From contig NC_043012.1 of the NCBI RefSeq assembly GCF_006345805.1, forward strand, positions 9,858,001 to 9,922,000: a DNA stretch of 64,000 nucleotides, in the 5' to 3' direction. Made by a program: the position numbers and the translations under genes. The DNA is from Octopus sinensis. Its lineage: Eukaryota. The notes under the pieces were generated by a model. The model was not told the origin of the DNA, did not search any database, and saw nothing but the letters and a program-made list of their open reading frames with translations. Positions 37,473-52,645 of the stretch are shown piece by piece; the stretch's first letter is position 1, and the number at the start of each line of letters is the position of its first letter.

Positions 37473-37810
37473 CAGTAGTTTTATTTTTATAACGTACTTT
37501 CACTTCACTACCGAGCGCAGCTCTGTGTGCCTTGGGTATGTGCTGTGATTTGTTATGATACTCTGATGGTTACTGTACGGAAAGTGTTCTGCGTAGGATG
37601 TGTGCAGTGCCTAGTAGTGCAATTTTCCGTGTGTTATATGTGTTTGTAAGTCCTGGTGTTTTTGTTATGTATTTGTCTGAATATTTTTTTATCATGCCTA
37701 ATGCACCTACTATGATAGGAATTGTTTCTGTTTTTAGATTCCACATTCAGGTTACCTCTATTTTCAGGTCTTTGTATTTTGAAAGTTTCTCCATTTCTTT
37801 TAGAGACACG
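37473..37810 (-). mobile_element. R4/Dong 3' fragment, same family as 6262-8840, inside (TTA)n
   Basis: Reverse complement of ~8505-8838, with (TTA)n on both sides. Confidence 0.9.
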
Positions 37811-37822
37811 TTATTATTATTA

Positions 37823-37884
<62 letters not shown>

Positions 37885-38118
37885 GAAAGTGGCGAGCTGA
37901 CAGAATCATCAGCACGCTAGATCAAATGTTTACCAGTATTTCGCCAGTCGCTCCGTTTTGAGTTCAAATTCTGCCGAGGTCGACATTGCCTTTTATCCTT
38001 TCGGGGTCGATAAATTAAGCTCCAGTGAAACACTAGGATCGATGTAATCGACAAGTCCCCTCTCCCAGAATTTCACACCTTGTGCCAATTGTAGAAAGGA
38101 TTATATTATTATCATTAA

Positions 38119-38169
<51 letters not shown>

Positions 38170-38945
38170 GAAAGCAGCGAGCTGGCTCAGTCGTTGGTTT
38201 TTACGTATTTAGTTTATAGGCCTCCTAGTTCAACTTTGCCCTTCATCCTTTCAGGTTCGATGAAATAAGTACCAGTTAAGTACTGGGGTCGATGTAATCG
38301 ACTAGCCTCTCCACCCAAATTCCAATCCTTGTATAAGTATATTTTTATTATTTTTATTGTTGTTGTTGAAATTCCTATTGTAACATTTTTACACGTTGTG
38401 CGACTGTTTCTTTTCCGATTAAAAATTCATTTGTTACAATAGAATAAAACACTAAATATGTTCAGAGAATAATTGATTCAGGAAGTACAGGAATTATTTT
38501 CCCCTGTTTTAACCTTGACTTACAATTGTCTCTTAATCAGCTCTTGGAATTTCCGCGGCTTTCATTGTCCGCAATATTAGTGTAAATATTTATAACATCA
38601 ATAAGGTGCCATGCTGTCAGAATTGTTACACGTTCAGAGTTCACTTCCGCTGAGACCCACCTTGTCTTTCATCCTATCAGGGACAATAAAATAAGTAGAA
38701 GTTGTGTACTAGTATCGATGTAATCAACTTACGCCTTCTCCCGAAATTGCTGGCCTTGTGCCAAAATTTGAAGCCACTATTTGTAACAGCAATAACGATA
38801 ATATTTATAGCATGACAGCGAAATGGCAGAACCATTAGCACTCCGGACAAAATGCTTAGTTGTATATCACCCGTTTTTACGTTCTAGTTTCAAATTCTGG
38901 GTGGTCGAATTTTGCCTTTCATACCTTCGGGGCTGATAAAAAATA
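37885..38945 (+). mobile_element. cluster of four degenerate family B SINEs
   Basis: Cores near 37980, 38240, 38660 and 38910. Confidence 0.75.
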
Positions 38946-39515
38946 ACAGAGTTTGTGCCTATACTAGGAAGGAATATATAAAATATTTCATAATGTTGGT
39001 TTGAAATTATCGCTCGAACAAGCATTTTGTATCTTTATTGTTGGGACGAATTTGATAGCCTTTCCTGAATTTATGATTCATGACCTACATTTTGAATTTG
39101 AACCCATAATAGTCGCTCCTAATGATGCTCAATACTCGTGAAAATGTATTCCAGATGGTATTAAAAAACTACAAAAAGGTCTCCCAAACGTTGGAATCGA
39201 TGGGTAAAGACGTTTGATTAAATTGATTAAAAAGAAGGATTTGGCTGTTAAAAAATAAATTTAAGACTGATTTTTGAGAAGTCACATTATCGTAGCCGTA
39301 TACATACACACATAGAGAAACGCCGACGAAAGCAAGCACTTTAAAGTGTGTGTATGTATATGTGTGTGTGTGTGTGTGTGTGTCAGTTGGTGTGTTGTAT
39401 ATATACGTGTGGTGTGAGAGTGTATGAGATGGGTATATATCTAAATCTATGTATGTATGTATCTGTGAAGTATCTTGAAGGCAAGCAAGCCGAAACATTC
39501 CCCTTGTTAACGTTA

Positions 39516-39553
<38 letters not shown>

Positions 39554-39620
39554 TATATATATAATATATATATATCAACCCGTGTGTTCCTTTCATCGTT
39601 ATGCATACATACATACATAT

Positions 39621-39670
<50 letters not shown>

Positions 39671-39700
39671 TTATAATGCATAAATTTATATACGATGAAA

Positions 39701-39759
<59 letters not shown>

Positions 39760-40561
39760 AGTGGATAGAAAGATATTGGAAGATGCCAAACTTCCCGACA
39801 TATTGATGGTTCAAGTCGTAAGTACACAGAACGTCCATCAATCATATATCTCGTTAGTTAAATGATGGGTACCGACATGTCTGACAAGCAATTTGAATGA
39901 TGGATACAGAAGCAGAAAAAAAAACAGAAATGTATGAAAGCGAATCTAGATGGAGACTCCGGCAAACAGAGATAGAGAGAGGGAGACAGACAGAGTACAT
40001 AGTGGAAAGCAAATAGAGGGAGTCGGTAGGGGGAAACAAAGAATTGTTAGTTTTCTGGATCTATAGATAAACTTGGAATAGTCATATACCAACATAAACA
40101 TACGGTATTGAAGCTTACACATATATAAGAAAGAAATTCCGTTCTACTTCGGAAAAGTTCTTTGACAATGTCTTCATAAATAATTGATTTTGGTAAACTC
40201 CTTATCGGCAAGTCACCGTCGATAGAGACCTCTATGACAATTCCTTTTTTATTTCGGCATTAGAGACAGGATTTGTCAGTTTTAGAAGTATTTTCCAGAT
40301 ATATCCTGCTATAGACACATATATTCTGAAAATATGTATAGTTATTGAGAGAATAGGAGATATGCATAGAGATATATAATATAATTGTATGCAATGACGT
40401 TTTACACACAGATTATTCCTTCCTATGAGTTTTTATATATCCATATCTATATACAAATTCATATATATATAATTATATATATGCATACACACACACACAC
40501 ACATATATATATACATATATATGCACATATATATATAAGATATATTATATATATAAGATAT

Positions 40562-40623
<62 letters not shown>

Positions 40624-40809
40624 GTGCATGGAGGCTTATGGTGTGTGTTTATGTATGAATGTATAATGAAGCTGGCTGCAGAAGAAGCCGACACACTCTT
40701 CTTTCTCTTCAGTGTGTACTTTTAGCTGTGAAATCGTTGATAATGATGCGAGCGGCGGTTTTAACATTAGAAGAACAACTATCAATACTAAAGCGAACCC
40801 CCCCCCCCC

Positions 40810-40841
<32 letters not shown>

Positions 40842-41384
40842 GGCATATTTACTTATAGTGCAGAAATCCTTTAAGCGGTTGTTTATGAGAGAAAATTAGA
40901 AAATATCTTGGCAAAAAACTGGAAACAGTCTGCAAATCCGCAAACGTTTCCTATGGAAGATCGTCAAAGTTACCTGGTCAGTTATTATTACAGATTAGAA
41001 TACCTTTTTGCCAGGTGCATCTGAAACCGTTGCAAAAAACTTCGATGCTGTTTGCTAGGACAGGTCCAGTGAGATTTTGTGACTGCTTGCCACATATGAA
41101 AAAATCTGTTGTGGCCTGCTCACCAGATTTACAGAAACAGGGAAAGGTGGGAAGACAAAATAAACCTAGCACTGACCATGCCAGAAGAACCTAAAGTGCA
41201 CGCGGACTAGTTTTTCGAGCGGAAAACCTTGTGTTAGGCCACTAGCGCCGAAGGAATCTTGTTGCATTTTTCACCGCACGATGCGGGAGGAACACCCAAA
41301 CGTAGAACAGAGTCTCTTTGTGATAGGCAGTCGCACTGACAACGGCATTTTAATAATGTATTTAGTAATAAAATGTCGTGTTTA

Positions 41385-41620
41385 TATTATACATGTATAA
41401 GAAATAATAATCATCTTTGTAAATTTTGGCACATGGCCAGCTATTTTAAGTACAGTGTAATAGTGGAGTGGATTAACCACTATATTTAACAGGAACTTTA
41501 TTTTATTTATTAACATTTCACCTCGGAGAGATTTGAATTCAAAAGTTAAAGAGCAGGAATATATCCTGCCAAGCATTTTCCCAACATTCCGACAATTCTG
41601 TCAAACAACCAGAACTGGTG
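41385..41620 (-). mobile_element. highly degenerate family B SINE
   Basis: CCTCGGAGAGATTTGAATTCA..AAGCATTTT matches the reverse complement of family B. Confidence 0.5.
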
Positions 41621-41689
41621 CAGGGGCGTAGGTCATGTTATGTTGAGGTGAGCATCTCAAACAAGTGAAAGATGGTGCTTTTGCCGCTC

Positions 41690-41920
41690 AAGTTTAAATT
41701 ATTTTGAGGTTTCTTTTGTTCAAATGTCATCAAAGTATGCAACGATGTTTTAAGAATGTCCTTGCACCTCAGCTTAGGAGCTGCTTCGGAGTTCTGCAGT
41801 CCTCCATTCTCACAAAGTATCACACCCATCGGAGTCGTCACTGCAAAATGATTCACTCAGTCCTACGGGCAGTTACTTCTTCAAAGGACCTCAACATCAG
41901 AAATATTCAAACAGGAGGAT
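41690..41920 (-). mobile_element. RTE LINE C-terminal remnant
   Basis: ISDVEVL.R...ILCE....APKLRCKDILKTSL resembles RTE N.EVL.R...LYGEL...PKLR.KD..K. Confidence 0.55.
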
Positions 41921-42329
41921 AACACACAAATTATATAAATCTCCGCTTTAGCCTAAGAGAGATATCATGATGAGACCACAGGCGTTTTTACAACTTACTG
42001 ATTGTATCACTGGCTCTTTGATATTTTGCAAGATTTTATTGTCAAGTGTTTATGATATTCTAAGGGTTCTGCCAAGATACACAAACCTGCATCAACGTTG
42101 CAGCTTCTGAGCATACATTCGAGTATCTGGTTTCAGGTATGCCATTTCTATGCACAGCTATGCGCAGTCTGATATAAGAAACCACATACATATGAACATG
42201 CATACATACGTACGAACGTGCGAACATACATATGTAGACACATGCACGCATACACGCAAACATACAAACGTACGCACATACATACACACATACGTACACG
42301 CATGCATATATACATGCATACATATCCAA

Positions 42330-42388
<59 letters not shown>

Positions 42389-42427
42389 CATATTTATTTA
42401 TATATATATATATATATATGCATATAT

Positions 42428-42494
<67 letters not shown>

Positions 42495-42569
42495 ATATTG
42501 TGTGAAATTTGTTTTAGTATTTCTAAATTGAATTTTTTTCCCTGTAAGTTAGGATTAATATTTCCTCAG

Positions 42570-42610
<41 letters not shown>

Positions 42611-42716
42611 TATCATTATTATATATATATATATATATATATGCATATGTATGTATATATATATGTGTGTCTGTGTGTGGGTATAAATATGTTTGAGTAC
42701 ATGCTTATATATAATG

Positions 42717-42767
<51 letters not shown>

Positions 42768-43328
42768 CTGCACACACACATATAAATATGTATGTATGCA
42801 TGTACGATTATGCACACAAATCAGCTTATCACATGTGTATACACACACACACACACACATACACACATACATACATATATATATAAATATATATATATAT
42901 GTATTATTATAATTATATATATATATGTAAAACAAGCACATGCGTAAAAAACTTGTGAATGTTATATTTGGGTTTGTTGCTCTCATTGTATATATGCTGA
43001 CACATTATCTGAGCGTATACGTGCAAAATGGCGGAAGAAAAAATCAACTAAAAGTGAGAGAAAAATAATCTAAGTAAACATTTCAATACTGAGATATTAC
43101 TGTATAAGAGGTAAATAATTTCCAGATTGATATATTCATAGGTTCCGCTGTTTATCTTCAACAAGAACTTAAAATGGAATGAAAGAACACTCCTGCTACT
43201 ATGGCCATAGTCTTTTGTTTATATAAGGCATTCCATTTAAAAAAAAGAACATTCCGCTATGATTAAAACATTTTGAGATTCTCCAGCACTGCTTTTGTGT
43301 ATATATTAAATGGATGTATACGTGTGCT

Positions 43329-43364
<36 letters not shown>

Positions 43365-43859
43365 ATACACATCCGGCACATATACCGACACGCGCATAAA
43401 CAGCTTCTACACCTCCCTAAGTGTCTATATAGAAATGCTCCAAAATTGTTGTATATACATAGCATATACGCATACATAGATAGATGCATACATACATACA
43501 TACATATATAGATGCATACAAATAAGCATAAACGCGCACATACGCACAAAACGCACGCACACACATGTACGGAAAAGCATGCACGTGTGTGGATATGTAC
43601 GTATATTCAGGAAAAGTGTATATATAAAGATACACAGAAACACACACACACACACACACATGTATATATATAAATAAATATGCATATAACAGTGCATGCA
43701 CACTTACCTTCTTACATATGTGTGTGTGTTGTGTGTGTGTGCGTGTGTGTGTGTGCATGTGTGTATGTATGCGCGTGCGTGTGATTGTATGTGTGTGTTT
43801 GTGTGCATGTGTGTGTAAGCGTGAAAGGGGAAATGAACAGGTGGAAAAATTACCAAATA

Positions 43860-43887
43860 TGATGATGCTAATGATAATAAGAATAAT

Positions 43888-43918
<31 letters not shown>

Positions 43919-43933
43919 TTAATAATAATGATA

Positions 43934-43968
<35 letters not shown>

Positions 43969-44060
43969 AATAATGATAATAATAATAATAATAATAATAA
44001 TGATAATAATAATAATAATAAATAATAACAACAACAACAATAATAATAATGATAACAATA

Positions 44061-44130
<70 letters not shown>

Positions 44131-44190
44131 TAATAATAATAATAACAATAATAATAATAGTAACGAAAATAATAAAAATAAAATAATAAT
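43860..44190. repeat. (TAA)n microsatellite
   Basis: Seen directly. Confidence 0.95.
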
Positions 44191-44716
44191 AAGCTGTTTA
44201 GGAATTGCTGATAGAATTCATATTGAGAATATCCTGTTGTTATTAACTGATTTAGTTGAAGTAGTTGATAACATTAACAGGAAGAAATCTCATTAGCTGA
44301 AAAAGGAATTCCATGTACGGAGTAAAGCTTGCTGAAACGATAGAGAGAAAGATTGCGAAGCAATACCTAGGCATGGGAAATATATACAAAGAGTGTGGGA
44401 TGAAAATATGATCGTGACTAAGATTGATGTATTAGTCATTATTTCCCCTGGGAAGAAGAAGAGATGAGGTTTTAGAGGGGGAAAAATACCCAGCGAGAAG
44501 TTATCATATGCAGGGTGTTTTGTTCTGTTCTTGGATGGGTATTAAGGGGTAAATTAAAGGGTTTGGCGGATAGCTTTATTCGATTTGATTTGTGCTGTAG
44601 ACCTGCCAAAATAAAGAATACGATCGGAATACAGAAGTAATCATTATTCCCTATTCCAGATTACCGTTCCAGTCCAATGGTGATTATTGAACGATGTGAC
44701 TAAAAACGATTGTGGT

Positions 44717-44953
44717 AATGATGATGATGATGATGATGATGGTGATGGTGATGAGGATGATGATGATGATGATGATGATGTTGACGACGAAGATGATGAT
44801 GGTGAGGATGACAACGACGATGAAGATGATGATGATGATGAAGATGATGATGATGATGAAGATGATGATGATGATGAAGATGATGATGATGAGGATGACA
44901 ACGACGAAGATGATGATGATGATGAAGATGATGATGACGACGACGACGACGAC

Positions 44954-45026
<73 letters not shown>
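44717..45026. repeat. (GAT)n microsatellite with higher-order GAA/GAC interruptions
   Basis: Seen directly. Confidence 0.95.
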
Positions 45027-45028
<2 letters not shown>

Positions 45029-45599
45029 AATGATGCTGATACAACGAAAATGCTAATAACGTTGATAGTTTTTTTTTCCTTTTGTATAGCTTTCTGTATT
45101 TGCATCTAATCATTTTTAATTGCTAACGAAGAATAATTACAAACCTTAATCAAAACAAATAACAAAGAATTCAATTTGGAAAAGTACTCCTGTGTCTGAC
45201 TAATAAATCTCCTGCACTGACAGGAACTATTGCAGGAAAATTCCAAACGTAAATTGACAAAGTCATTATTCGTTCCTGGTGGTGGCCTGGCCTGCCTTTT
45301 TAACAGGAAATGTGAATTGGTTTTGATAAATTAATTGGAATTCTGAATGAATAAAATGTTTAAAAGAAGTGCTAGCGAGTGTATTTAGTATACAAATGAC
45401 ATTATTTACAGTACCATCACAAGCAATGACACCACTGACAGCTACTACCATAACAAATCTCATGTCCTCCTATAGCATGAAATGTCATCATGATCACTAA
45501 CAAATTTGAATATGGAATTATACTGATGCAAAAATCAAAACGCATTTGGTTACCATTCCAAAGTGGATGAAATCTTTAATCAAACGTAATACACGGATT

Positions 45600-45810
45600 T
45601 AAAACGTAATCCACTGTTTTAAATCGTCCATAAATTTCTTCTTCTCGTGATATTTCCTCTTTGTTTACCATTCTTACAGGAACCAGGGATCAAGTACTTC
45701 ATCCCCAGTCTTTTCCACTCACAGAACGTTTCTAGGCTGGTCTATTTCGTAGAAAGCTGCCAAGGCCGTTGGATATAATTCTTCTCGATCATGATTTCTT
45801 CTACCGTTCA
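45600..45810 (-). mobile_element. RTE-like LINE 3' remnant
   Basis: Minus strand ..GKQRG..RR.KFMDDLKQW resembles the RTE GKR.RGR...WMD motif. Confidence 0.4.
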
Positions 45811-46671
45811 CATATATCAGTTTCCGGGGTTTCAAATTAGTTTCAAGTTAGTTTGAAGCTTACAAGTTAGTTTCGGTTATGTGTATGTATAATTAATGAA
45901 ACCAACCAAATCCTGTACACGATTGTTATTTATTTTGTCGACCTCAGAAGAATAAAAGCAAAGTCTACGTTGCCACAGAACGTAAAAGAGACGCAATTAG
46001 ATATCATACCAAGGCATTCTGTTTGATGTGTCATTAAATCTCGTATTTTGTTCAAATCACCTACTTACTTGTCAGAGAAATACCTTGGGAGATATTGTTA
46101 CTGGTCTGTAACCAATAGAAACGGTATTTACTGTAGGTGCTATTCAGAAATTGTACCTGTCGCTCTTCTAAAGTTAATCTACGCAGTATGATTATTCACA
46201 CCGCTGAAAATCAAAATAACTGAAGTATGATTATGGCTGCTCTCAGAGGTTACACAATAGTGAAAAAACTTATTGTGGCTCGAAGCTCATACCTTATCTG
46301 ATGCCGACAAAACCGTTACAACAATATCACATTTCCAGGAATATCATCAACACTATCAAATGGCGAGTAATATCACCAACGCTATCACACAAGCTAACAA
46401 GGTTGTTCCTACGATCTGCAAGAAATAGCAGTTAAATATATTGCTGAAGATCACATACTTCCTGAAATAAGGAAAGGGCGTAATAGATACTGTGGTGTAG
46501 AATATTCCCAAACGGATGAAGTCGGCACGGCTGGGATGTCTTTGGTCATAACTCTTTCGGACCAGTGTTGCTCCGCGGTTGATCTGTGGTTGAACCTCCC
46601 CTCTTCCCCTCCTCTCCCTCTTCCACCTCCTCTCCCTTCCTCCTCCCCTCCTCCTCATGGTCACCACCACC

Positions 46672-46705
<34 letters not shown>

Positions 46706-46707
46706 TC

Positions 46708-46743
<36 letters not shown>

Positions 46744-46984
46744 CCATCATCACCCATCTTCATCACATGAGGTAGTGTAATCGCTAATATATCGAATATC
46801 ATTGCAACAATGTAAATGCAAATTATTCGGTAATGGTTCGATGAGAGTTGAAACTGAGGTAAACTGAGATTTCCAATACTTAACAGCAAATAACTAATAC
46901 AGGAAGTTTAGTGAGACCAAAATTTGTTGGTGGTGGTTGTGATGGGGGGGGTCATTCTAATAGGTTTAATTGATCAAAATACCT

Positions 46985-47214
46985 ATTTCTTTACTACCCA
47001 CAAGAGGCTAAACACAGAGAGGACAAACAAGGACAGACAAACGGATTAAGTCGATTATATCAACACCAGTGCGTAACTGGTACTTAATTTATCGACCCGG
47101 AAAGGATGAAAGGCAAAGTTGACCTCGGCGGAATTTGAACTCAGAACGTAACCGTAGACGAAATACCGCTAAGCATTTCGCCCGGCGTGCTAGCGTTTCT
47201 GCCATCTCGTCACC
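46985..47214 (-). mobile_element. SINE family B monomer with 15-bp TSD
   Basis: TTGATCAAAATACCT at 46970-46984 and 47215-47229. Confidence 0.92.
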
Positions 47215-47410
47215 TTGATCAAAATACCTTCTGTCGTGTTACTACACGATACCTTAGAAGTGGTATACTTACAAAAATCAAATTATATGTTTATTTATTA
47301 GCTACGGACAAATTACAAAGTAGAGCTTTTCTTTTTGGGGAGAAAAAATAAAATAAAAATGAAAATAAAAGATAAAAAGTGGGTAGGTTTTCGATCAAAA
47401 GGGATCGTAA

Positions 47411-47489
<79 letters not shown>

Positions 47490-47659
47490 AAACATAACGA
47501 ACAATAGGGATCGTGTATCACAGAAATGTCGTGATGTAAAGAGTAAAGGGGGAAGCAGATAAGGTTTATCCGTGGAAAGAAAAGCTTACGGAAAAGAGTA
47601 CGATAATCTCGGTCAATAATGTCATATGTTAACACATTTATTTGCAAGTAAGTAACTCT

Positions 47660-47908
47660 CTGTTTTAAATTTTTCCGGGTTCATAGGATTATGCTCAAGG
47701 TGGCTTCGTCATTCATACGTGCCATCCTTGCTACATACACCCATTTATTTTTGAAACATTCGCTAGACAAAACTTGCCCCTCTACTCTCACTTTCCTTTT
47801 CAAGTGATACGTGAAGAAGTTGATGAGAGATTGACCAGAGAGGAAAGTGTTTGTCTCTAATCCTTTCAGACGCGTCCACCAGATAAATTCTTTCGCCATA
47901 GCAACAAG
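47660..47908 (-). mobile_element. Tx1/L1 ORF2 C-terminal fragment related to the 22861-28762 element
   Basis: MAKEFIWWTRLKGLETNTFLSGQSL..FF.YHLKR aligns with 28207-28425. Confidence 0.92.
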
Positions 47909-48904
47909 TAGATTTGATTTCTTAGTTAAGTAGATAATGCAATGTGTTTATTTAAGAAGGGTTTCGCTCGTGTAATATCGTTTCGATCAATCAGAAAGGC
48001 ATAATTATCAGTTTACATTTTCTATTTCCCATCTATACCTTCATATTCTATTATAGGAGCGAATTGGTAGCGGCCATGATATGTGCACGTCAATCTAGAC
48101 TAGTGAATTTGAATTTAGTTTTATTCCGAATTTTTATATGGAAACATCACATTCAAAGTGATATGAATGTTTTGAAGTCCTATCACTCGTACATTTCCTA
48201 GGGTTAAAATGCCTTTACTTTAAGTGAAACTTCTCCGTGTAGAATTAGAAAGAAGAATGCTATTTCGTGTTATGGTGAATCTATTTGTCTGATGTCATCC
48301 CCTGTTATAATAGTCAATAAAATCTGAGTCTTTCATTAACATGGTTTCAGTTTTGATGAAGATAGTCACTTAAGAACAGCAATTATTACAGTCATGTACT
48401 TAACCACGCAATCTTCTAATCAATCAACATATTAAATTACACAATAATTGAAATTTAATTGGAATTTATTGAAACGAGGTTCTATTGTTGAACAACAAAG
48501 AAATCTAAATAAAGGAGGAAAAGAACGCTAAAAACTTCAGACAATAAACTTTGATTGAGAAAATGATATTGTCGCTGTAATTTACATATTAAACTGCCAT
48601 AGGCTCTAGTGCAAACGATTTGATTTATTAAACTGACTTCGGTTACACCCGAAGCCGATTCGCTTCCTCTAAAACTACTGGAAAAGGTGGTTTAGCATCG
48701 GTCTCGTTTATTCAGTTGTGTGATAAACTAAATTCTAAACTAAACTAAATATGTAAACGAATTACTGTTCTCTTGGCATACGAACAGTTAGAGTGATTCT
48801 TAAGCCAAATCAGTGACACAAAGCGACACGGTTCAATCTTGAAATTGCAGGTACGCTCCTGGGAAAAAGGAGCGAAAGAAAGAAAGAGGGAATGATTGAT
48901 TGAT

Positions 48905-48949
<45 letters not shown>

Positions 48950-49659
48950 AGAATGAAAGATAAATATGAGCAAGTTAGATTTGAACTCAGAATGCTGGGT
49001 ATCTAAATGATTATCTCGAGGTTGTTACTTGTCCCTACATCACAGATTTGATATTCAAATTCAAACAATAACCAAATATATTCAATTTACTGAAAGAAGA
49101 AACTTTCTATACCTCTACGAAAAAAAAAAGATTAAAATATAATGTATTTTAACTCTCATGTAATCCCAAACTGATAAGCGTATTATAGAATGAAGCAGGT
49201 GTTTTGAAAAAAAATCAGCTTCTAGATAGTGTATAACATGTTTAAATACCCCCCATACACACACACAGACACGCATATGAAGACAAGATGCATAGAACTG
49301 ATGCTTCAATGTCAGTGCTGTTGAAATAATTTACTTTGAACTGGTTAGAAGAAGCAATGTACAGTGGTGTCTCACTGGAACCACAATAAACTAATTGAAC
49401 TTGTAACAATTTCCCAAGACTGAGCATTGGTAAATCTTTTAATGGGATGAGTCTAGAATTATTTAAATGTCATTCAATATGTTACAGGTACTATTATATT
49501 GAAGTCAAAACATAAAACACACAGCGTATGACACAAAGATTGGAAGAATAAAAGCAAAGACCATAAGACATCGAATCTTTCAGTTTACTGTTTCTGTAAA
49601 AAGTATAAAATAGAAAAAATTTTAAATATTTCCGTTTTAAATAATTTAAAATCATTCAA

Positions 49660-49983
49660 GTATTTTGTTAAAAAATACTTTGTCTCTCATTTCCTTAAAA
49701 AAATGTAAAAAAGAAAAGCAAATATGCTTTTGATAGACGAAATTAAAATGTTATCGTTTTTCTGCTGGACTATTTAAGATTCTAATTTTAGAGATTTTAA
49801 AGATTTAAAATTAGTTCTTTAATGATTTTTTGTAAATGTCTGGTAAACTCTCAGAGGAGGTAAACGTAATAGAAAAATATATAAAGGGTGACAGAGTAGT
49901 GGTAATGTTCCAAAATATAAATTTTGTGATAACACTGAAAGTATATATATATATATACATACATACATACATACATACATACA

Positions 49984-50045
<62 letters not shown>

Positions 50046-51090
50046 ACGGCAGTTTGTCTGTCTGTGTGTATGTGTGTCTGTCAGGTTGTACCCTCACCCT
50101 GACCACGGCTTTCAACCGACTCTGATGAATCTTGACACACACATAGCCCAATGTCATAATTCAAAACTAACGCAGCGAAAATTCTGAAAAGTTGCCCCAG
50201 TTCTGAAAAAAAATCAATAATTTCGACATGGGTGGAGAATCTAAGCTTTTTATATGCAACACATTTTCTACAGACTGTCTAGGGGACGCAACTCGACCTT
50301 TTTATCTCTCGGAACACGTTGGGTAAGTATCCCAAAATGTATAAAAATGTACAAAAACGGCAAAAAACGGGCAGCAATGTGAGTGACAACAACGAAAAAG
50401 TCACAAGTGACCAAACTGAACAAACGAATGGAAAAGGTTTTTTGGTGCACACGACAAAAGCGGTTTATAATAAACCAAGAGTTTGCAAGTAGCGTCCGAG
50501 GACCCTTAGGGTACGTCAAAATTTTAAGGTAAAACGTTTGGGGTGGTAGTTATAAAGAAAGTGTAAGCAAAAAAAGTATTCGAATAACGGTAAAGTCTCG
50601 AATGTAATTTCTTCCTGGTAGGAATTGGTTGGGTTATATTATCGATAGCTGTTTGATAGTTATTTGGGAGTGAAGAGAAGACATTGCAACCTACGCATGC
50701 GCCTTCGTTCCCTAGAGGGAAAGGACTAGTTTGGGATTAGTCGTTGCCTACTAGGGGCTCTTACATACCCGGGCAATGTAAATATATATATATATATAAA
50801 TGTATGTATGTATGTATGTATCACAAAATTTATATTTTGGAACAATACCACTACTCTGTCACCCTTTATATATTTTTTTATTACGTTTACCTCCTCTGAG
50901 AATTTAACAGACATTTACAAAAATTCATTAAAGAACTAATTTTAAATCTTTAAAATCTCTAAAATTAGAATCTTAAATAGTCCAGCAGAAAAACGATAAC
51001 ATTTTAATTTCGTCTATCAAAAGCATATTTGCTTTTCTTTTTTACATTTTTTTTAAGGAAATGAGAGACAAAATATTTTTTGACAAAATT
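49660..51090. repeat. inverted duplication: ~49660-49930 versus ~50818-51090
   Basis: Near-exact reverse complements of otherwise unique AT-rich DNA. Confidence 0.92.
50040..50780 (+). mobile_element. non-autonomous Helitron-like element (3' hairpin incomplete)
   Basis: 5' TATATAACGGCAG-(TGTC)n-...CAACCGA.TCTGATGAA.CTTG..ACAC layout as in invertebrate non-autonomous Helitrons. Ends at ATACCCGGGCAA, half of a GC-rich hairpin; no CTAG seen after it. Confidence 0.5.
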
Positions 51091-51091
51091 T

Positions 51092-51327
51092 TAAAGGCGA
51101 AGTTGACCTCAGCGGAATCTGAACTTAGAACGTAACACGTGTCCTATATTAATAGATATTAAGTGCCTTGCTTTTCTGATGACTAACAGTAACATATAAT
51201 TATACAGAATTCAAACAAGCATTTGTTAATATAGCTATAGTTTAGCAGAATTATATATGTGTGTGTTGATATGTTTATATGCATATATGTAGATATCGAT
51301 TATTTATACACACACACTCAAATATGC

Positions 51328-51359
<32 letters not shown>

Positions 51360-51393
51360 ATTGAGAGATAGATAGATAGATAGATAGATAGAT

Positions 51394-51429
<36 letters not shown>

Positions 51430-52152
51430 TAGATATGTGTGTGTGTGTGTGTGTATAGATTTTTGTATTTTTCTTTTGTTAACAATTAAGATGGAAACAA
51501 TAGATAAATAGTTACCAGGGTAGCAAAAATCACACCAAGTTAAAAGGTTGTAACTCCTTGATTTTAAAGGTAGAAACTCCTGGTTTATGTGAAATATTTT
51601 GTATAATGTATATAATATATAAATGAAGTTAAACGTAGGTGTTATTCAAATATTAGCCAGTTGCTTAAGGAAAGTACTCTTTGGGCGAATGGCTTTATAC
51701 TTCAGAGATGCGTCAATATTAAATAACTCCATATACTGTAACTATTTTGCTAGCAGAATCTAAGGAAACCTGGTTGAAGTACATATAAATAGATGTGATT
51801 ATATTTATCTCTTTATTCCGTGTTAATTGTTAACAGGGGACAAATACACACATCTATTTATATATAGTTCAACCAGATTTGAATAACACCTGCGTTTAAC
51901 TCCATTTATATATATGTATATTTGAGTGTGTGTGTATAAATAATCGATATCTACATATATGCATATAAATATATATCAACACACACATATATAATTCTGC
52001 TAAACTATAGCTATATTAACAAATGCCTGTTTGAAATCTGTATAATTATATGTTACTGTTAGTCATCAGAAAAGCAAGGCACTTAATATCTATTAATATA
52101 TGACACGTGTTACGTTCTGAGTTCAGATTCCGCCGAGGTCAACTTCGCCTTT
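51092..52152. repeat. inverted duplication: ~51092-51332 versus ~51910-52152
   Basis: Near-exact reverse complements, including part of a family B SINE. Confidence 0.92.
51495..51650 (-). mobile_element. fragment of the 16197-17283 family (3' extension region)
   Basis: TACCAGGGTAGCAAA and GGTAGAAACTCC.GGTT are reverse complements of 17210-17225 and 17157-17173. ATAAATG.AGTT.AACG.AG.TGTTA matches 16213-16238. Confidence 0.7.
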
Positions 52153-52569
52153 CATCCTTCAGGGGTCGATAAATTAAGTAACATTGAAACACTGGGATTT
52201 ATCATATCGACAAATCGACTCATCCTTTCCCTGGCGTCACCGTACCTGTTTCAAAACTTAAGAGCAACATACGACACGTGCTACGTGAGTTCAAATTCCG
52301 CTGAGGTTAACCTTGCCTTTCTTTCTTTCAGGTCGACAAAATAGGAAAATGTTGAATAAGTAACTAACCCTTTCCAACAAACATAATGGCATTGTGCCAA
52401 AATCTGAAACCAACATGTGTCATGCGTGTGTGTTTGAGCGTGCGTGCACACACACACTCACGAACACACACGTACACACACATATACACGTATGCACATA
52501 CATATATATATACATACACACACACACACATATATAGATACATAGATTCACTCAGAAGACATGTTGCTA

Positions 52570-52644
<75 letters not shown>

Positions 52645-52645
<1 letters not shown>

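Noticed and set aside
51174-51200. CTGATGA possible hammerhead core
   Set aside because: No stem II or GAAA downstream.
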